Assembly: GCA_045630365.1 (NCBI GenBank)
Contig: JAZQSZ010000121.1
Coordinates: 1 to 37,383, forward strand
DNA length: 37,383 nt
Direction of reading: 5' to 3'
Source of the DNA: Paludibacteraceae bacterium
GTDB taxonomy: Bacteria > Bacteroidota > Bacteroidia > Bacteroidales > Paludibacteraceae
Below the pieces are notes generated by a model. It searched no databases and was not told where the DNA came from. It saw only the letters and a program-made list of their open reading frames with translations. The position numbers were made by a program, and so were the translations under genes. This document shows, in pieces, positions 34,200 to 37,383 of the stretch; position 1 is the first letter of the stretch, and every line of letters begins with the position of its first letter.

Positions 34200-35124
34200 G
34201 AAGAAAACAGATGGTTCTTCTTGGGGAGGACCTTGGACGGAACAAAAACTTGACTGCTTCGAAAGCTATGTCAAGGCGTACCTCACAATCATGAATAGTC
34301 ATCGAGATAAGTACAATTGGAAACTTATCTATTTTGATGGCTTTGCTGGTTGTGGTAGTCGTTCGTTTGACAATTGTGAAGACGAAAATTCTAAAGATGA
34401 ATTAATGGAGCTCTTCGAATCGGAAAATTGTGCTGATACCAAGAAAGAACTGAATGTCTATGCAGGCGCAGCAGAAAGAGTAATACGTCTTGAGCAATCT
34501 ATGCGTGGTTTTGATTTTTACTATTTCGTTGATACAAACGAAAATAATCTTACCAAATTGGATCTAAAATTAGCTCAATATGAATTGAAAGGCACAAGAG
34601 TTTTTCGTCATGACAACGCTAATCACCAAGCTACTATGCTGGCAGATGCTATGGCAAAGAATCCTAAACTAAAAACATTATGTTTCCTTGATCCTTTTGG
34701 TATGAATATCAACTGGGAAAGCATACAACAATTAGCTGGAAAATCGATTGACCTTTGGATTCTTGTACCGATTGGAACAATTGTTAATAGATTAGTCAAA
34801 ACAGATGGAACCTTAATGTATCCTGAAAGACTTGAAAGTTTCTTTGGATTACATAGAAATGAAATACAAAAACGAATGCAAGTAGTCGAAACAGAGCAAA
34901 CATTGTTTGGTGAAGAAAGAAAAATTCATAAAGTGAATGATGCTATTTCTAAACTCGCAAATCTATATTGCGAACAGTTAGGCACACTTTTTGACTTTGT
35001 TACCAACGAACCACTTGTACTCTATAACTCTAATCATTTGCCTATTTTCCACTTCGTATGTGCATCCAACAACAAAACTGCCATACGAATTGCTAAACAG
35101 ATAATAGATAAAAGACAAGCTTAA
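34186..35124 (+). CDS. three-Cys-motif partner protein (TcmP-like)
   Basis: 312 aa. WTEQKLDCFESYVKAYLTIM, IYFDGFAGCGS and CFLDPFG match my recollection of the TcmP family, and it sits directly upstream of a Gp37/Gp68 three-Cys protein, which is the defining gene pair. Overlaps gene B by 14 nt. Confidence 0.75.
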   Translation: MAKSKKKTDGSSWGGPWTEQKLDCFESYVKAYLTIMNSHRDKYNWKLIYFDGFAGCGSRSFDNCEDENSKDELMELFESENCADTKKELNVYAGAAERVIRLEQSMRGFDFYYFVDTNENNLTKLDLKLAQYELKGTRVFRHDNANHQATMLADAMAKNPKLKTLCFLDPFGMNINWESIQQLAGKSIDLWILVPIGTIVNRLVKTDGTLMYPERLESFFGLHRNEIQKRMQVVETEQTLFGEERKIHKVNDAISKLANLYCEQLGTLFDFVTNEPLVLYNSNHLPIFHFVCASNNKTAIRIAKQIIDKRQA

Positions 35125-35125
35125 T

Positions 35126-35866
35126 ATGAGAACCACCAAAATAGAATGGACCGAAAGAACATGGAACCCAGTCACTGGATGCTCCAAGGTTTCTGAGGGC
35201 TGTACACATTGCTATGCTGAAACCATGGCTCGTAGACTACAGGCCATGGGATTGACTAAGTATCGCAATGGATTTAGAACCACATTGCACCCAGAAACTC
35301 TCAGAGAACCTTTCTCATGGACAACACCATCCACCATATTTGTTTGTTCCATGTCAGACCTATTTCACACCGATGTACCTTTTGAGTTTATAGATCAGGT
35401 ACTAGATGTGATTCGTCGCACACCTCAACATAGATACCAACTCCTCACCAAAAGAGCCGAGCGAATGGCAGAATACTTCATGACACGCCAGGTTCCAAGA
35501 AATGCTTGGATTGGCGTTACTGTTGAATGTCAATCCTCTATGCATAGAATAGATGCTCTTAGAGATATCCAGCATGCCCCTGTAAGATTCTTAAGTTGTG
35601 AACCACTACTAGAAGACCTACCTAATCTCAACCTTCAAGACATCAATTGGGTAATCGTAGGCGGAGAGAGTGGTGTGTCAGGAAGACCAATGAAACCAGA
35701 ATGGGTAAAAAGCATCCAACAACAAGCCAAGCAACAACATACTGCATTCTTTTTCAAACAATGGGGTACTTGGGGTGAGGACGGAGTCAAAAGATCCAAA
35801 ACAAAAAATGGAAAACTACTCGATGGCAAAATAGTACAACAAATGCCCAAAATCAATAAACGATAA
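35126..35866 (+). CDS. phage Gp37/Gp68 family three-Cys-motif protein (DUF5131)
   Basis: 246 aa. N-terminus KIEWTERTWNPVTGCSKVSEGCTHCYAE (C19-x6-C26-x2-C29), FVCSMSDLFH, NWVIVGGESG...RPMKPEWV. Confidence 0.85.
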   Translation: MRTTKIEWTERTWNPVTGCSKVSEGCTHCYAETMARRLQAMGLTKYRNGFRTTLHPETLREPFSWTTPSTIFVCSMSDLFHTDVPFEFIDQVLDVIRRTPQHRYQLLTKRAERMAEYFMTRQVPRNAWIGVTVECQSSMHRIDALRDIQHAPVRFLSCEPLLEDLPNLNLQDINWVIVGGESGVSGRPMKPEWVKSIQQQAKQQHTAFFFKQWGTWGEDGVKRSKTKNGKLLDGKIVQQMPKINKR

Positions 35867-35922
35867 GTTTTAACCTATCTTAGATAAGAACACGAGCGTA
35901 AAGCGTAAAGTGTAAACTCGAT

Positions 35923-35953
35923 GCGATTTGCAATGTGCAAGTCGCATTTTTTT
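35923..35953 (+). terminator. intrinsic terminator of the four-gene TcmP operon
   Basis: Stem gcgatttgca / tgcaagtcgc (one G:U) with loop atg, followed by ATTTTTTT. Confidence 0.75.
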
Positions 35954-36164
35954 ATCCTCGACGCCATCTAGTGCGCTAGACTATCTATAGTCCATAGAGC
36001 AAGCAGTCGTAAACTACAATTCCATTATCAATTTTCGCGCAGGCGCACATGTCATTTACAATTTCTATCTACTTTACGCTTTACACTTTACACATATATG
36101 ATTCGGTCGCAAGTTGTTGGAATAAGTTGTCTAAGTTGTCGTATTTTTTTCGGTTTGATTGCGC

Positions 36165-36222
36165 ACCTGCCGGTAGCCATTGTTGTTCCTCGCAACCTGT
36201 TTGACCTTTATCTATGATTTTG
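36165..36222. repeat. ~58-nt conserved non-coding block, copy 2
   Basis: See 30158-30215. Roughly 48 of 58 positions are identical by eye. Confidence 0.75.
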
Positions 36223-36490
36223 TACGAATCCACTCTCGATGTATATCCTTGATTATCTGCCATTTGTAGAGATTATTTCACAAACTACGAGAAAACGCCC
36301 TCACAAGTTCGAGAAAACCCTTTGTTTTACCCCTTTTTTTCGATATATATATAGTAGGGCGTCTCTTCTGACGCAGCACATGTTGCGCAGATGTTACGCC
36401 GATGTTAGCACCTATATTTTAGACCTTCTAACAAGTGTAAAGTGTAAACTCGATGTGATTCGCTTTGCACAATTTGTCTTACAATTAAGA

Positions 36491-36564
36491 GGGGTTGTAG
36501 CTCAGTCTGGTAGAGCAGCTGTTTTGCAAACAGAAAGTCGTGGGTTCGAATCCCACCTTCTCCA
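36491..36564 (+). tRNA. tRNA-Ala(UGC)-like gene, possibly defective
   Basis: Hand-folded cloverleaf. D arm is gctc/agtctggta/gagc. The anticodon loop tttgcaa gives UGC. T arm is gtggg/ttcgaat/cccac. G3:U70 is present. However, 5:68 and 6:67 are U:U, 27:43 is G:A, and no CCA is encoded. Confidence 0.6.
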
Positions 36565-36646
36565 CAATGTGGGGCACCTCCCGCAACCAAGAACGTTCTT
36601 TAAAATCCTATCCTCTAAACTCTCAACTCTAAACTCTCAATCACGT

Positions 36647-36964
36647 ATGGCAAAGTACATTCCTATTGACACCATCAAATCCATGTCCGGTAAAGTCTGC
36701 GAGCATTCCGACATCTATTTCGCTAAGCGAGGTAAGACCCTCTATACTGGCAAACGATGCAACCCTCGCGACTTGGACAAGAAACCTTATTCCGAAGCCG
36801 AATTGGCTCGTCAAGCTAAGTTCGCACAAGTCCGTGCTGCTATTGCTGCACTCACTCCAGAGCAGATTGCGGACTACCAAACTGCTTTTGAGAAGTACCC
36901 AGGCAAGTATTCAACCCTCAACGGCTACATCTTCGCCCAAGAGTACGCCAAACTTGGCGAGTAA
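36647..36964 (+). CDS. hypothetical small protein
   Basis: 105 aa from ATG 36647 (MAKYIPIDTIKSMSGKV). The longer ORF-track version (36239) runs through the tRNA-like gene and is rejected. Confidence 0.5.
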   Translation: MAKYIPIDTIKSMSGKVCEHSDIYFAKRGKTLYTGKRCNPRDLDKKPYSEAELARQAKFAQVRAAIAALTPEQIADYQTAFEKYPGKYSTLNGYIFAQEYAKLGE

Positions 36965-37094
36965 TGATGATGAAAACACTATTATTTATCTTAGGTTTAA
37001 TCCTAGGTCTCGTCTTACCTAGTGTAGTAAGACTCATTAAAACCAAGTTTAACCTTTAACCCTATTCATTAACTACCTAACCCCCTCCGACGGC

Positions 37095-37195
37095 ATGGAG
37101 GATAGCGAGCTATCTTTGGAGTAAGATGGAGTAGCATGGAGTAACAATGGACAACACTACTCAACCACTACTCAACACTACTCAACCTCTACTCT
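37095..37195. repeat. palindromic heptamer element between the two small paralogous ORFs
   Basis: The arm ggagtaagatggagtagcatggagtaac is opposed to cactactcaaccactactcaacactactcaacctctactc. Confidence 0.7.
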
Positions 37196-37235
37196 GTGCG
37201 GCAATATAGCCGCAGGTTCGATTGCCGAACATGAA

Positions 37236-37383
37236 ATGGCACAAATTGAATATGCATTCCCTGTGGAGAAGATCCACGGCAAGATTTCCAAGAAACACAA
37301 AATCGGTTTTGCACACCGCACCGCCTCTGGCGTTAACTACAGCACCGCGTATGGTAAGCGCAAGACCAAACCTAGCACCGCTG
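37236..37383 (+). CDS. hypothetical small protein, 3' end outside window (possible paralog of 36647..36964)
   Basis: Open frame MAQIEYAFPVEKIHGKISKKHKIGFAHRTASGVNYSTAYGKRKTKPSTA. Shares the pattern P-[IV]-[DE]-x-I..GK[VI]....I.FA.R...GKR with the preceding ORF. Confidence 0.35.
   Translation, partial: MAQIEYAFPVEKIHGKISKKHKIGFAHRTASGVNYSTAYGKRKTKPSTA

Larger units (their letters stand above)
28114..35941. mobile_element. inverted-repeat-bracketed 7.8-kb cassette (replication/sigma module plus TcmP operon); mobility unproven
   Basis: 28114-28163 (cctgcactttgcaaatcgcatcgactttacactttac...) is roughly the reverse complement of 35894-35941 (gagcgtaaagcgtaaagtgtaaactcgatgcgatttgcaatgtgcaag). The content (primase, P-loop, sigma) is typical of an integrated element. 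No integrase or transposase is in the window. Confidence 0.4.

Noticed and set aside
28114-35941. Calling the cassette a prophage or an integrative conjugative element.
   Set aside because: There are no capsid, terminase, tail, integrase, relaxase or T4SS genes in the window. Only a replication/sigma module is visible, so I describe it as an inverted-repeat-bracketed cassette of unproven mobility.
36081-36263. 60-aa minus-strand ORF downstream of the second copy of the 58-nt block.
   Set aside because: It is short, has no recognisable features and overlaps repeat sequence, so the evidence is insufficient.
36239-36646. N-terminal 136 codons of the 241-aa ORF at 36239-36964.
   Set aside because: This part runs through the tRNA-like gene and a heptamer repeat. 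The plausible CDS starts at 36647.

Overview
This window looks Bacteroidota-like, probably Prevotella-like. That call rests on protein families, TTTG-N(18-20)-TAnnTTTG promoters and the absence of Shine-Dalgarno sites; it is an inference, no search was run. There are four blocks. (1) 1-4467 holds housekeeping genes: the purC 3' end, a PurF-like amidophosphoribosyltransferase and a DUF1846/UPF0371 gene. (2) 4.8-27.7 kb is a roughly 21-kb minus-strand surface-glycan locus. It carries a UDP-glucuronate-epimerase-like SDR, a hexapeptide acetyltransferase, DUF616, five GT2 genes, a GT4, a GT32, glf, GtrA, an acyltransferase-3, two large polytopic membrane proteins, DUF354 and a FemAB-like gene. (3) 28.1-35.9 kb is a cassette bracketed by roughly 48-nt inverted repeats, with two divergent operons. 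One is a replication/transcription module: sigma-70 factor, CHC2-Toprim primase, P-loop protein and small unknowns. The other is a tightly packed four-gene operon of two unknown proteins followed by a TcmP-like protein and a three-Cys Gp37/Gp68 (DUF5131) protein; this is my best candidate for an uncharacterised modification or defence system. (4) 36-37.4 kb holds a tRNA-Ala(UGC)-like gene and small paralogous ORFs. The most unusual sequence-level signal spans the whole window: a family of palindromic elements whose arms have 7-nt periodicity. They flank four Avd-like four-helix-bundle genes and two AAA/DUF4143 ATPase genes, they supply stop codons to several host genes, and short versions with a conserved 33-nt core sit in-frame inside at least four glycan-locus genes. 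A second intergenic repeat family shows covarying hairpins. All coordinates were read by eye and repeat boundaries are good to a few nt.
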